A stretch of 64,000 nucleotides of DNA from Betaproteobacteria bacterium Ga0077532 (GCA_001464895.1 LNEE01000040.1:37415-101414), one strand, 5' to 3'. Numbered from the stretch's first letter, positions 38,344 to 46,727 are shown. Notes: generated by a model not told the origin, from the sequence alone. Numbers and translations: made by a program.

Positions 38344-38595
38344 ATGAGAACCATCCCGGCGCAGGAAATCAAACGACGGGGCATCTCCGCCCTCGACGAT
38401 CTGCTGAAGGACGGTCCGGTCCACGTCATCAAGAACAATCGTCCTTGCTACGTGGTGCTGCGCGAGGACGACTACGTTCGGCTCATCGAGCGGCGCGGGC
38501 TGTGGGAGCTGGTCGAACGATCAGCACGGGGAACCCGATCCAAGAAGGACATCGACGAGCAACTGCGCATCGAGCGCGATGCCTGGAGCGCTTAG
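38344..38595 (+). CDS. type II antitoxin (Phd/YefM-like)
   Basis: 83 aa. GAGG lies 8 nt upstream of the start. MRTIPAQEIKRRGISALDDLLKDGPVHVIKNNRPCYVVL is a Phd/YefM-type N-terminus. It sits immediately upstream of a PIN toxin. Confidence 0.75.
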   Translation: MRTIPAQEIKRRGISALDDLLKDGPVHVIKNNRPCYVVLREDDYVRLIERRGLWELVERSARGTRSKKDIDEQLRIERDAWSA

Positions 38596-38597
38596 CG

Positions 38598-39008
38598 GTG
38601 ATCCTGTTCCTCGATGCCTGCATCGTCATCTACTGGATCGAGGCGCCCGCCCCCTTCCACACCCGTCTGATGGAGCGGTTGCGAGCGCTGCGTAAAGAAG
38701 CCCCGGACGCCGTCTTCGCCGTATCCCGTCTGAGCTTTCTGGAATGCATGGTCAAGCCATTCCGCGACAAGGATCAGGCCTTGGCGGACGAATACCGGCC
38801 CTTTTTCGAGGCCGGACAACTGACAGTCGTCGAGCTCACGGCCGCGGTGGTCGAGCGTGCTGCTGTGCTTCGTGCCAATCACGGACTGAGAACGCCGGAC
38901 GCCCTCCAGGTCTCCAGCGCGCTTGAACTTGCCGATGATGTGCTCTTTCTCACCAATGACCGGCGCTTGCAGAAGGTGCCGGGGCTGCGGGCGGAGATTC
39001 CGGCGTGA
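38598..39008 (+). CDS. vapC: PIN-domain toxin (VapC family)
   Basis: GTG lies 2 nt after the antitoxin stop. Acidic PIN residues are present: ILFLDACIVIY, SRLSFLEC, RTPDALQVSSA, LTNDRRL. Confidence 0.85.
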   Translation: MILFLDACIVIYWIEAPAPFHTRLMERLRALRKEAPDAVFAVSRLSFLECMVKPFRDKDQALADEYRPFFEAGQLTVVELTAAVVERAAVLRANHGLRTPDALQVSSALELADDVLFLTNDRRLQKVPGLRAEIPA

Positions 39009-39350
39009 ACAGGCTGGACCTGCAGGGCCTTCACGGCTGACCAGCACTCGCTGGGAAGCACAGGAATGAACCGCTGCAGCTTGGCGTCGAAGACCAATTC
39101 CTCGGCCTGCGGCACACCTGCCGCGCTCCGGCCGCCTCGGACCAGAACGCGCCCAGCCGAGAGGAACGAGATGACCTGATCTCGTTCATCCGATGGATCG
39201 GTGTCGAGCGACGGTGAAGGGCGAGGAAGCGCACGGATCTTCCGACGAGTTCAGCGTTGATGCACACGCAGGTACTCCGCAGCGCCTGGAGAGGGGCCCT
39301 ACTATCCCCCCGTGCAACACCGCTCCAGGGCCCTGCCATGCATCACGCCA

Positions 39351-39977
39351 TCAGGTCAGCGTCGACGCGACTCTGCAATAACAGTAGGTGAACTGCTGCA
39401 CCGAACCCGCCGGCGTCCGATGCAGTTCGGTCGTGTGCTTCTCGAGCGCGAAGGCGGGACCGAACTGATCGTGCAGGGCATCGGGCGCATAGCGCACGAC
39501 GTCGAGCCCGCTGCACTTGGTGGGCCCCTCCGGACCGAATGTCGCGACGATGACGTGTCCGCCAGGCTTCACGGCAAGTGCCACCTGACGGACGTAGGCC
39601 GCCCGAGACGTGGCGTCGGTCAGGAAGTGGAACACCGCACGGTCGTGCCAGACATCGTAGTGGTGACGCGGCAGGGCTATCGACGTGACGTCGCCGCAGA
39701 GCCACTGGACTGCATCCCCCGAGTCGCCCATGCGGGCCTTTGCCACGTCGAGTGCGGTTCGCGAGATGTCCAGTACCGACAGTTCGCGGTAGCCCGCCGC
39801 AGACAGATCGTCGACGAGCGTCGATTCACCGCCACCGACATCGATGATCCGGGCGTCGTATCCGCCGGCCGCCTCCTCGATAAGCTGGAGCGAGGTTTCG
39901 AGATGCGGGCGATACCAGCTGACCTCGGTCGGATCCTTCGTCGTGTAGACCGTTTCCCAGTGCGCCTTCGAGTCCAT
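39351..39977 (-). CDS. class I SAM-dependent methyltransferase
   Basis: HWETVY..K....VSWY N-terminus. Motif I is IIDVGGGES. LDIS and GGHVIVATF are also present. Confidence 0.85.
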   Translation of the reverse strand: MDSKAHWETVYTTKDPTEVSWYRPHLETSLQLIEEAAGGYDARIIDVGGGESTLVDDLSAAGYRELSVLDISRTALDVAKARMGDSGDAVQWLCGDVTSIALPRHHYDVWHDRAVFHFLTDATSRAAYVRQVALAVKPGGHVIVATFGPEGPTKCSGLDVVRYAPDALHDQFGPAFALEKHTTELHRTPAGSVQQFTYCYCRVASTLT

Positions 39978-40019
39978 GGATGTCGCTTCTCCTCGTATCG
40001 CAGATCACGCGTGGTTCTG

Positions 40020-40610
40020 TCAGACGGCGGACGCGGGTCGTGAGCCCAACAGGGCGAAATGGTAAGGGCAGATGTCCTCGACAGCGACAGCCCGCACGTC
40101 GACAAGATCTGCGTCCTGCATCCACTCCGCGCACTGGGCGGGCGACGGGCGGATGGCGAGTGACGGGCCGCGCGGTGTCGGAATGTCACTACGCCAGTGG
40201 AGCACCGAGACGGTTCCCCCGACGGCCAGCGTTCGCCGCGCCTCGCGAAGCAGTGCGACGGGATCCTCGAGGTGCAGCAGGTTGAAGATCATCGCGTGCA
40301 CCTGTGAGCCGTCTTCGATGCCGGTTCCGTCTGCGACGACATCGCGAAGCACTGGCCGGATGTTCGGCAGTCGATCCGCCTCGACCTTCCGACGGACGTG
40401 ATCCACCATCGCTGGCTCGATGTCGAGCGCGGTCACGATGCCCGACGTCATGCGTGCCGCCGGAATCGTGAACGTTCCGTATCCGGCTCCGAACTCGACG
40501 ACCGCGCCGTCCATATCGTGTGCGGGCAGAAGACGCTGCAGCAGACGGTCCGGGTCGAAGAAGGAATCCCACCACTCTTCGTCCGGCATGCCGCTCTCGC
40601 GCGCCTTCAT
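40020..40610 (-). CDS. class I SAM-dependent methyltransferase (start 40610 or 40589)
   Basis: Motif I is VVEFGAGYGTFT. ALDIE and GGTVSVLHW are also present. The upstream 112 codons of the track ORF have a visibly lower GC3 and are not called. Confidence 0.75.
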   Translation of the reverse strand: MKARESGMPDEEWWDSFFDPDRLLQRLLPAHDMDGAVVEFGAGYGTFTIPAARMTSGIVTALDIEPAMVDHVRRKVEADRLPNIRPVLRDVVADGTGIEDGSQVHAMIFNLLHLEDPVALLREARRTLAVGGTVSVLHWRSDIPTPRGPSLAIRPSPAQCAEWMQDADLVDVRAVAVEDICPYHFALLGSRPASAV

Positions 40611-40952
40611 TGCGCGGCTCTCGAATGCCCGCTCAGAACGCCAGCACCGTGTCGACGTCGGCTGTCCGATCTGCCAGGGAGAATCTGATGCGTTCGCTCG
40701 ATCGCGACGGCAAGCCCAAGGACCGATGGCGCGAAGGTCCGGGCCGCCATGTGCGCAACGCACATCAGGACCGCACGCGAATGCGAGTGCCTTCGTCGAC
40801 ATGCAGACATCGAAACTGTCGGCTGACGTCTTGGCGGCGGAACGAAGGATCCGGGCGTCGCGGACAATGCGGTCACCGAGGGAGACTCGAGCCATTGCCA
40901 TGCGTTGCCTCCGCGTGTCGCAGAACAACGGCCGGGCGTTCGCCATGCCACA

Positions 40953-42368
40953 TCACAGCCTCGGCGCCATCGTATGAAACGCTGTCACCCCCTGATACGC
41001 CGCCCCCACCCGGAACAGCTTCGCCTCGTCGAACGGCTTGCCGATGATCTGCATTCCGATCGGCAAACCGTCGGGGTCGAAGCCACACGGCACGTTCAGC
41101 GACGGCAGGCCGGTCAGGCTCGGGACGCCGGTGTACTGCATGATCGCCGAGAGCATGTCCTCCTCGACGCCGTTCTCGATGACGACCTTCATCTCGCCCA
41201 CGCGCGTGGCGGTGAAGGGCAGCGTGGGGCAGAGGAACACGTCGACCTTGCGGAACGCCTCCATGAACTCGTTGCGCAGCAGGGTGCGATAGCGCTGCGC
41301 CTGCAGGTAGTGGGTCGCGAGCAGCATCTCGCCCACCTCGAGGAGCGTGCGCACGTCGGCGCCGTAGTTCTGCGGTTGCTCGCGCAGCCAGCGCTGGTGG
41401 TACGTGCTCGGCTCGGCGGATTCGATCGTGAGCTGCGCCGAGATGTTGCCGTGGATGTTGTCGATGTCGACGTCGACGATCCTCGCGCCGAGGCCCTTCA
41501 ATGTGTCGAGCGCCGACATCACCGCGGCGTGCACCGGCGGCTGCAGATGGTGGAAGAAGTAGCCGGGCACCACGCCGATGCGCAGGCCGTCGATGCCGGC
41601 GCCGAGGTCCGCCAGATAGTCGGACGTCGGGGCGCGCGACGTCGTCGGATCCTTCGGATCGTGACCCGCGATCGCGCCGAACATGAGCGCGCAGTCCTCG
41701 ACGGTTCGGGTCATCGGGCCCGCGGTGTCCATGCTCCACGCGAGCGGGATGATGCCGTGGTTGCTCACGCGTCCATAAGTGGGGCGAATGCCGACGACGC
41801 CGTTGATGGCCGACGGCAGACGGATCGATCCGCCGGTGTCGGTCCCGATGGCGCCGTAGCACATGCGTGCGGCGACCGCGGCGCCGGATCCACCACTGGA
41901 CCCCGCGGGGAATCGATCGGTGTTCCACGGGTTGCGCACGGCGCCGTAGTGCGGGTTGTCGGAGGTGCCGCCCCACGCGAACTCGTGCATGTTCAGCTTG
42001 CCGAGCAGGATCGCGCCGGCGCGGCGGAGACGCTCGGTGACGGTGGCGTCGTGGTCGGGAATCCAGTTCTCCAGCACCTTGCTGCCGGCGGTGGTCCGCG
42101 TGCCGCGTACGGCCACGTTGTCCTTCAGGCTCACCGGCACGCCGTGCAGCGGGCCGAGGTCGTAGCCCGCGCGAAGCATCGTGTCGGCCGCCTTCGCGAC
42201 GCTGCGTGCTTCTTCCGCGAAGACGGTGATGTACGCGGCGAGGCGGCTGTCCACGGCGTCGATGCGCGCGAGGCAGGCGTCGACGAGTTCCAGCGGTGAC
42301 ACCTCGCGCGTGCGGACCAGGCGGGCGGCTTGTGCCAGAGAGAGGTCGAGCAGGTCGGCGGTGCTCAT
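40953..42368 (-). CDS. amidase-signature (GatA/AtzE-like) amidohydrolase
   Basis: ATG follows GGAGGAGGG. PVSLKDN (Lys) and GSSGGSGAAVA (Ser-cisSer). Confidence 0.9.
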   Translation of the reverse strand: MSTADLLDLSLAQAARLVRTREVSPLELVDACLARIDAVDSRLAAYITVFAEEARSVAKAADTMLRAGYDLGPLHGVPVSLKDNVAVRGTRTTAGSKVLENWIPDHDATVTERLRRAGAILLGKLNMHEFAWGGTSDNPHYGAVRNPWNTDRFPAGSSGGSGAAVAARMCYGAIGTDTGGSIRLPSAINGVVGIRPTYGRVSNHGIIPLAWSMDTAGPMTRTVEDCALMFGAIAGHDPKDPTTSRAPTSDYLADLGAGIDGLRIGVVPGYFFHHLQPPVHAAVMSALDTLKGLGARIVDVDIDNIHGNISAQLTIESAEPSTYHQRWLREQPQNYGADVRTLLEVGEMLLATHYLQAQRYRTLLRNEFMEAFRKVDVFLCPTLPFTATRVGEMKVVIENGVEEDMLSAIMQYTGVPSLTGLPSLNVPCGFDPDGLPIGMQIIGKPFDEAKLFRVGAAYQGVTAFHTMAPRL

Positions 42369-42589
42369 GGCTGTCCCTCCTCCGGCTCGACCGGATGCGT
42401 GAAGACGGTGGCAGGCACGAGGGTCATGTATTGCTCGGCGCTCATCTTGCGGCTCAGTTCGTTGGCGTCCAGTACCCACGCCTCGAGGATCGGCGTGACG
42501 ATGGCTTCGCGATCGGCACCGAGCGGCAGTTCCGCGTAGTCGGCGAGCGCTCGTGTCAGGGCAGGGGTGACTTCCTTGCGTTGGGGCAT
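42365..42589 (-). CDS. small AtzG-like/DUF4089 (GatC-like) partner protein
   Basis: 74 aa. GGAGA lies 8 nt upstream of the start. The stop overlaps the amidase ATG (ATGA). The pattern ..YAELPLGADREAIVTPILE.......L......L.PATVF.HP resembles the DUF4089/AtzG family as I recall it. Confidence 0.55.
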   Translation of the reverse strand: MPQRKEVTPALTRALADYAELPLGADREAIVTPILEAWVLDANELSRKMSAEQYMTLVPATVFTHPVEPEEGQP

Positions 42590-42684
42590 CGGGGGATCTC
42601 CGGGGGTGCGCATCGGCGCGGCAATGGGGCCCAGCTGGCTCGGATTATGGCCTCTTCCTGCGCGCGGTCTGCGGGTGGCAAGGG

Positions 42685-43592
42685 CGGTTCTCGGCGCCGG
42701 AGGTGCCAGTCCCGAGGGCCCTTCGTGGGTCGAGTATCGCTCGACGCGGCGATGGCTTGGGCGCAGGGGCGAATCCAGGAGCGCGGGCGTCGGGCGGAGC
42801 CCGACCCACGGGGATTGTTTCCAGAACCGAGGAATCCAGTGGCGAGGCCCTTCGTGGGTCGAGCATCGCTCGACGCTGCGTGGGCTTGGGCGCAGCGGCG
42901 AATCCAGGAACGCGGGCGTCGGGCGGAGCCCGACCCACCGGGGGTGTTTTCAGCGCCGAGGCATCCAATCGCAAAGACCCTTCGTGGGTCGAGCATCGCT
43001 CGACGCGGCGATGGCTTGGGCACGGGGGCGCATCCAGGAACGCAGGCGTCGGGCGGAGCCCGACCCACGGGGATTGTTTCCAGAACCGAGGCATCCAGTG
43101 GCGAGGCCCTTCGTGGGTCGAGCATCGCTCGACGCGGCGATGGCTTGGGCACAGCGGCGAATCCAGGAACGCAGGCGTCGGGCGGAGCCCGACCCACGGG
43201 GATTGTTTCCAGAACCGAGGCATCCAGTGGCGAGGCCCTTCGTGGGTCGAGCTGCGCTCGACGCGGCGATGGCTTGGGCACAGCGGCGCATCCAGGAACG
43301 CAGGCGTCGGGCGGAGCCCGACCCACGGGGGATGTTTCCAGCGCCGCGGCATCCCGTCGCGCAGTCCCTTCGTGGGTCGAGCATCGCTCGACGCGGCGAT
43401 GGCTTGGGCACGGGGGCGCATCCAGGAACGCAGGCGTCGGGCGGAGCCCGACCCACGGGGATGGTTTCCAGAACCGAGGCATCCAGTGGCGAGGCTCTTC
43501 GTGGGTCGAGCATCGCTCGACGCGGCGATGGCTTGGGCACAGCGGCGAATCCAGGAACGCGGGCGTCGGGCGGAGCCCGACCCACGCGGATC
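42685..43592. repeat. family-2 REP/BIME tandem array, 7 units, 129/130-bp period
   Basis: CGTGGGTCGAG starts at 42723, 42852, 42982, 43111, 43240, 43370 and 43499. The units are near-identical. Confidence 0.95.
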
Positions 43593-43651
43593 GTGCGTCA
43601 CGCGCTCGATGAGAGGGCCGCTGGCGTCCGCATTCAGGAAATACGTGATAG

Positions 43652-43667
43652 TTCAGTAATTACTGAA
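43652..43667. promoter_or_regulatory. perfect 16-bp palindrome TTCAGTAATTACTGAA upstream of the regulator gene (candidate operator)
   Basis: Read directly from the sequence, in an AT-rich patch. TATACT (43686-43691) lies 7 nt before the ATG at 43699. Confidence 0.5.
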
Positions 43668-43698
43668 AAGTAAGATTCTCTCGCCTATACTTCCCGCC

Positions 43699-44280
43699 AT
43701 GCCGCTCAACGATCAACTCCCCGCCCTCAACCGCGAGTTCATCGCCCACTTCGGCGAGATGGGCAGCCGCTGGGGCATCAACCGCACCGTCGGCCAGATC
43801 TACGCGCTGCTTTTCCTGTCGCCGAAGCCGCTCTGCGCCGACGAGATCGCCGAGAGCCTCGAGTTCTCACGATCCAACGTGAGCATGGGCCTGAAGGAAT
43901 TGCAGGCGTGGCGGCTCGTTCGTCTGCGTCATGTCCCAGGCGACCGCCGCGAGTACTTCGGCGCCCCTGACGACGTCTGGGAGATCTTTCGCGTGCTGGC
44001 CGAGGAGCGCCGCCGCCGCGAGGTCGAGCCCACGCTGACGATGCTGCGCTCCGCCCTCCAGGAAACCCCCGCCACCGACGACGAGCGTCACGCGCAGGAG
44101 CGCATGCGCCAGATGCACGAGTTCATCAGCCGACTGATGACGTGGTTCGATGAAGTCCAGAAGCTGTCGCCGGAAACCGCAGTGCAGTTGATGAGCATGG
44201 GGTCGATGGTGACCCGCGTGCTCGAAGTGAAGGACCGGCTCACGGGCCGTAATACGAAGAAGCAGAGCAGCACCCCCTGA
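43699..44280 (+). CDS. GbsR/MarR-type winged-helix transcriptional regulator
   Basis: GINRTVGQIYALLFLSPKPLCADEIAESLEFSRSNVSMGLKELQAWRLV is the GbsR-type wHTH pattern. It sits directly upstream of cydAB. Confidence 0.75.
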   Translation: MPLNDQLPALNREFIAHFGEMGSRWGINRTVGQIYALLFLSPKPLCADEIAESLEFSRSNVSMGLKELQAWRLVRLRHVPGDRREYFGAPDDVWEIFRVLAEERRRREVEPTLTMLRSALQETPATDDERHAQERMRQMHEFISRLMTWFDEVQKLSPETAVQLMSMGSMVTRVLEVKDRLTGRNTKKQSSTP

Positions 44281-44299
44281 ACGACAAGGACTTGCCAGC

Positions 44300-45664
44300 A
44301 TGACGCTCGATGCCCTGATGCTCTCGCGCATACAGTTCGCCGCGAACATCAGCTTCCACATCCTCTTCCCGACCATCACGATCGCGCTGTGCTGGTTCCT
44401 GCTGTTCTTCCGCGTCCGGCTCGTGCAGACCCGCGAGCCGGCGTGGGAAGAGGCGTACTACTTCTGGACGAAGGTGTTCGCGCTGACGTTTGCGCTCGGC
44501 GTCGTGTCGGGCATCGTGATGAGCTTCCAGTTCGGTACCAACTGGCCGGGCTTCATAGAGACGACGGGCAACATCTCCGGTCCTCTGCTGGGCTACGAGG
44601 TCCTCACGGCGTTCTTCCTCGAGGCGAGCTTCCTCGGGATCATGCTGTTCGGCCGTGGGCGCGTGTCGGAGCGCGTGCACCTCACGGCGACGTTCCTCGT
44701 CGCGCTCGGCACCACGCTCTCCGCATTCTGGATCCTGAGTCTCAACTCGTGGATGCAGACGCCCGCCGGATTCGAGATCGTCGACGGCAAGTTCATGCCC
44801 ACCGACTGGTTCGCGGTGGTGTTCAACCCGTCGTTCCCGTACCGGTTCGCGCACAAGCTGCTTGCCTCGGCACTCACCGCGGCGTTCCTCATCGCCGGGC
44901 TCAGTGCTTGGCAGTTGCTGAAGGGCACTGCGACCGACGGCACCCACAAGGCCATGCGAGCAGCCGTGTTCACCGCGGCGATCGTGATCCCGATCCAGTT
45001 CGTCGCGGGTGATCTCCACGGCCTCAATACGCTGGAGCACCAGCCCGCGAAGGTCGCCGCGATGGAGGGCATCTGGGAGACCGAGCGCGGCGCGCCCCTC
45101 ACGCTCTTCGGCATCCCCGACGAAGAGACCGGCACGACGCACCTCGCGATCAAGATTCCGAAACTCGCGAGCCTCATCCTCACGCACGAACTCGACGGCG
45201 AGATCGCGGGCATCGACGCGTTCCCGGACGCGCACCCGCCGGTGGCGCCGGTCTTCTACGCGTTCCGGATCATGGTGGGCGTCGGTTCGCTGATGCTCGT
45301 CGTGGCGGCGTTCGCGGCGTGGAAGCTTTGGGGCCAGCGCGGGCGCGCGCGCATCAGCCTGCCCAGGCCCTTGCTCTGGACGCTCTCAGCGATGACCTTC
45401 TCCGGCTGGGTCGCCACGCTGTCCGGCTGGTACGTGACCGAGACCGGCCGACAGCCGTTCGTCGTCTACGGCGTGCTGCGTACGAGCGATGTGGTCACGA
45501 GCGTCCCCTCACCGTTCATCGGCGCCACGCTCGTCGCCTATCTGCTCGTGTACGGCCTGCTTCTCGTCACCTACGTGGGCGTGCTCAAGTACATGGCCGA
45601 GAACCCGGTGACGCATGCGCCGGTGCCGGTCACCGACGCCGGGCTCGGCAAGGCGGGGGTGTGA
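44300..45664 (+). CDS. cydA: cytochrome bd-type ubiquinol oxidase subunit I (short, CIO-like length)
   Basis: LSRIQFAANISFHILFPTITI, GYEVLTAFFLEA, and a polytopic topology. 454 aa. Confidence 0.9.
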   Translation: MTLDALMLSRIQFAANISFHILFPTITIALCWFLLFFRVRLVQTREPAWEEAYYFWTKVFALTFALGVVSGIVMSFQFGTNWPGFIETTGNISGPLLGYEVLTAFFLEASFLGIMLFGRGRVSERVHLTATFLVALGTTLSAFWILSLNSWMQTPAGFEIVDGKFMPTDWFAVVFNPSFPYRFAHKLLASALTAAFLIAGLSAWQLLKGTATDGTHKAMRAAVFTAAIVIPIQFVAGDLHGLNTLEHQPAKVAAMEGIWETERGAPLTLFGIPDEETGTTHLAIKIPKLASLILTHELDGEIAGIDAFPDAHPPVAPVFYAFRIMVGVGSLMLVVAAFAAWKLWGQRGRARISLPRPLLWTLSAMTFSGWVATLSGWYVTETGRQPFVVYGVLRTSDVVTSVPSPFIGATLVAYLLVYGLLLVTYVGVLKYMAENPVTHAPVPVTDAGLGKAGV

Positions 45665-45665
45665 C

Positions 45666-46673
45666 ATGCTGGGCATGACCTGGGCCGAGTGGCTGCCGCT
45701 CATCTTCCTGGCGACGATGGGGTTCGCGCTGCTCGTGTACGTGATCCTCGACGGCTACGACCTCGGCGTCGGCCTGCTGCTGCCGTTCGCGGACGACGCC
45801 GCGAAGGACACCATGATCTCCAGCATCGGCCCCTTCTGGGATGCCAACGAGACCTGGCTCGTGCTCGGTGTGGGGGTGCTGCTCGTGGCGTTCCCGATGG
45901 CGCATGGACTTGTGCTGCAGGCGTTGTACCTGCCCGTGGCCGTGATGCTGATCGGGCTCATCCTCCGCGGCGTCGCGTTCGATTTCCGGGTGAAGGCGCC
46001 ACTCCGCTACAAGCCGTTCTGGAACCGCGCGTTCTTCGCCGGTTCGCTGCTCGCGGGTGCCGCGCAGGGGTGGATGCTCGGAAGCTACATCACGGGCTTC
46101 GACGCGGGGCCGTTCGGCATCGCGTTCAGCCTGGGCATCGCGATCACGCTCCCCGCGGCCTATGTGCTGCTGGGAGCGGGGTGGCTCATCATGAAGACGG
46201 AAGGTCCGCTGCAGATGCAGGCCGTGGCCTGGGCGAAACGTGTGCTGTGGCCCATGGGCGTCGCACTCGTGGCGATCTCCGCGGCCACGCCGCTCGTGCA
46301 CCCCACGGTCGCCGCGAAATGGTTCGGCGTGCCCCAGGTGTTCGCGCTGCTGCCCGTTCCGCTCGCGTGTGCCGTGGCGTTCTTCGCGGTGCGTTGGGTC
46401 CTGACACACCCTGATCTGGTGCGTGCCGGCCATGGCTGGATCGTGTTCGCTGCGACCGTGCTCATCTTCGTGCTGGCGTTCTTCGGCCTCGCGTACAGCA
46501 TCTTCCCGGACATCGTGATCGGCCGGATGACGGTGTGGGAGGCGGCCATCAGCACCGCATCGCTCAACGTCGTGTTCGTGGGCGTGGCCATCACGCTGCC
46601 GGTGATCGTTGCCTACACGGTGTTCATGTATCGGGTGTTCTGGGGCAAGGCGCGGGCGCTGACGTACGGGTGA
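45666..46673 (+). CDS. cydB: cytochrome bd-type ubiquinol oxidase subunit II
   Basis: ATG lies 1 nt after the cydA stop. YVILDGYDLGVG and FWDANETW. Confidence 0.9.
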   Translation: MLGMTWAEWLPLIFLATMGFALLVYVILDGYDLGVGLLLPFADDAAKDTMISSIGPFWDANETWLVLGVGVLLVAFPMAHGLVLQALYLPVAVMLIGLILRGVAFDFRVKAPLRYKPFWNRAFFAGSLLAGAAQGWMLGSYITGFDAGPFGIAFSLGIAITLPAAYVLLGAGWLIMKTEGPLQMQAVAWAKRVLWPMGVALVAISAATPLVHPTVAAKWFGVPQVFALLPVPLACAVAFFAVRWVLTHPDLVRAGHGWIVFAATVLIFVLAFFGLAYSIFPDIVIGRMTVWEAAISTASLNVVFVGVAITLPVIVAYTVFMYRVFWGKARALTYG

Positions 46674-46727
46674 CGGGTGCAGGCGCGAAGCGCCTCGTTC
46701 TCGATCTCCGGCGGAGGATGCACCCCC

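Noticed and set aside
39009-39350. A possible gene or gene fragment downstream of vapC (minus-strand ORFs 39031..39339 and 38879..39115).
   Set aside because: The translations have no recognisable motifs. One runs antisense into vapC. No SD or start context is present. I treat the region as non-coding island debris pending BLASTX.
40611-40946. A 112-codon N-terminal extension of the second methyltransferase.
   Set aside because: GC3 is visibly lower than in the methyltransferase core. The composition is Cys/Arg-rich with no motifs. The core has two plausible internal ATG starts (40610 and 40589).
40873-42299. ORFs 40873..41976 (-, 367 aa) and 40905..42299 (+, 464 aa).
   Set aside because: They are out-of-frame or antisense overlaps of the amidase gene, which carries the KDN/GSSGGS signature in another frame.
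42685-43592. Interpreting the regularly spaced array as CRISPR.
   Set aside because: The ~35-nt inter-repeat segments are themselves homologous to one another (two variants, a and b), so they are not unique spacers. The conserved part is about 95 nt rather than 25-40 nt. No cas genes or leader are present. The same unit is dispersed at other loci.
37500-43650. Defining the full extent of the tRNA-Leu island by an attR direct repeat.
   Set aside because: I could not find a second copy of the tRNA 3' end by eye. The boundary is therefore left open rather than asserted.
42296-43673. Six overlapping ORFs of 211-438 aa, in all six frames, across the 7-unit repeat array. Possible repeat proteins with ~43-aa repeats.
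   Set aside because: The repeat unit simply lacks all stop trinucleotides on both strands. The unit length alternates between 129 and 130 bp, so no frame is conserved from unit to unit. The translations are Arg/Gly/Ala/Pro low complexity. The same applies to ORFs over 24771-25131 and 50066-50420.
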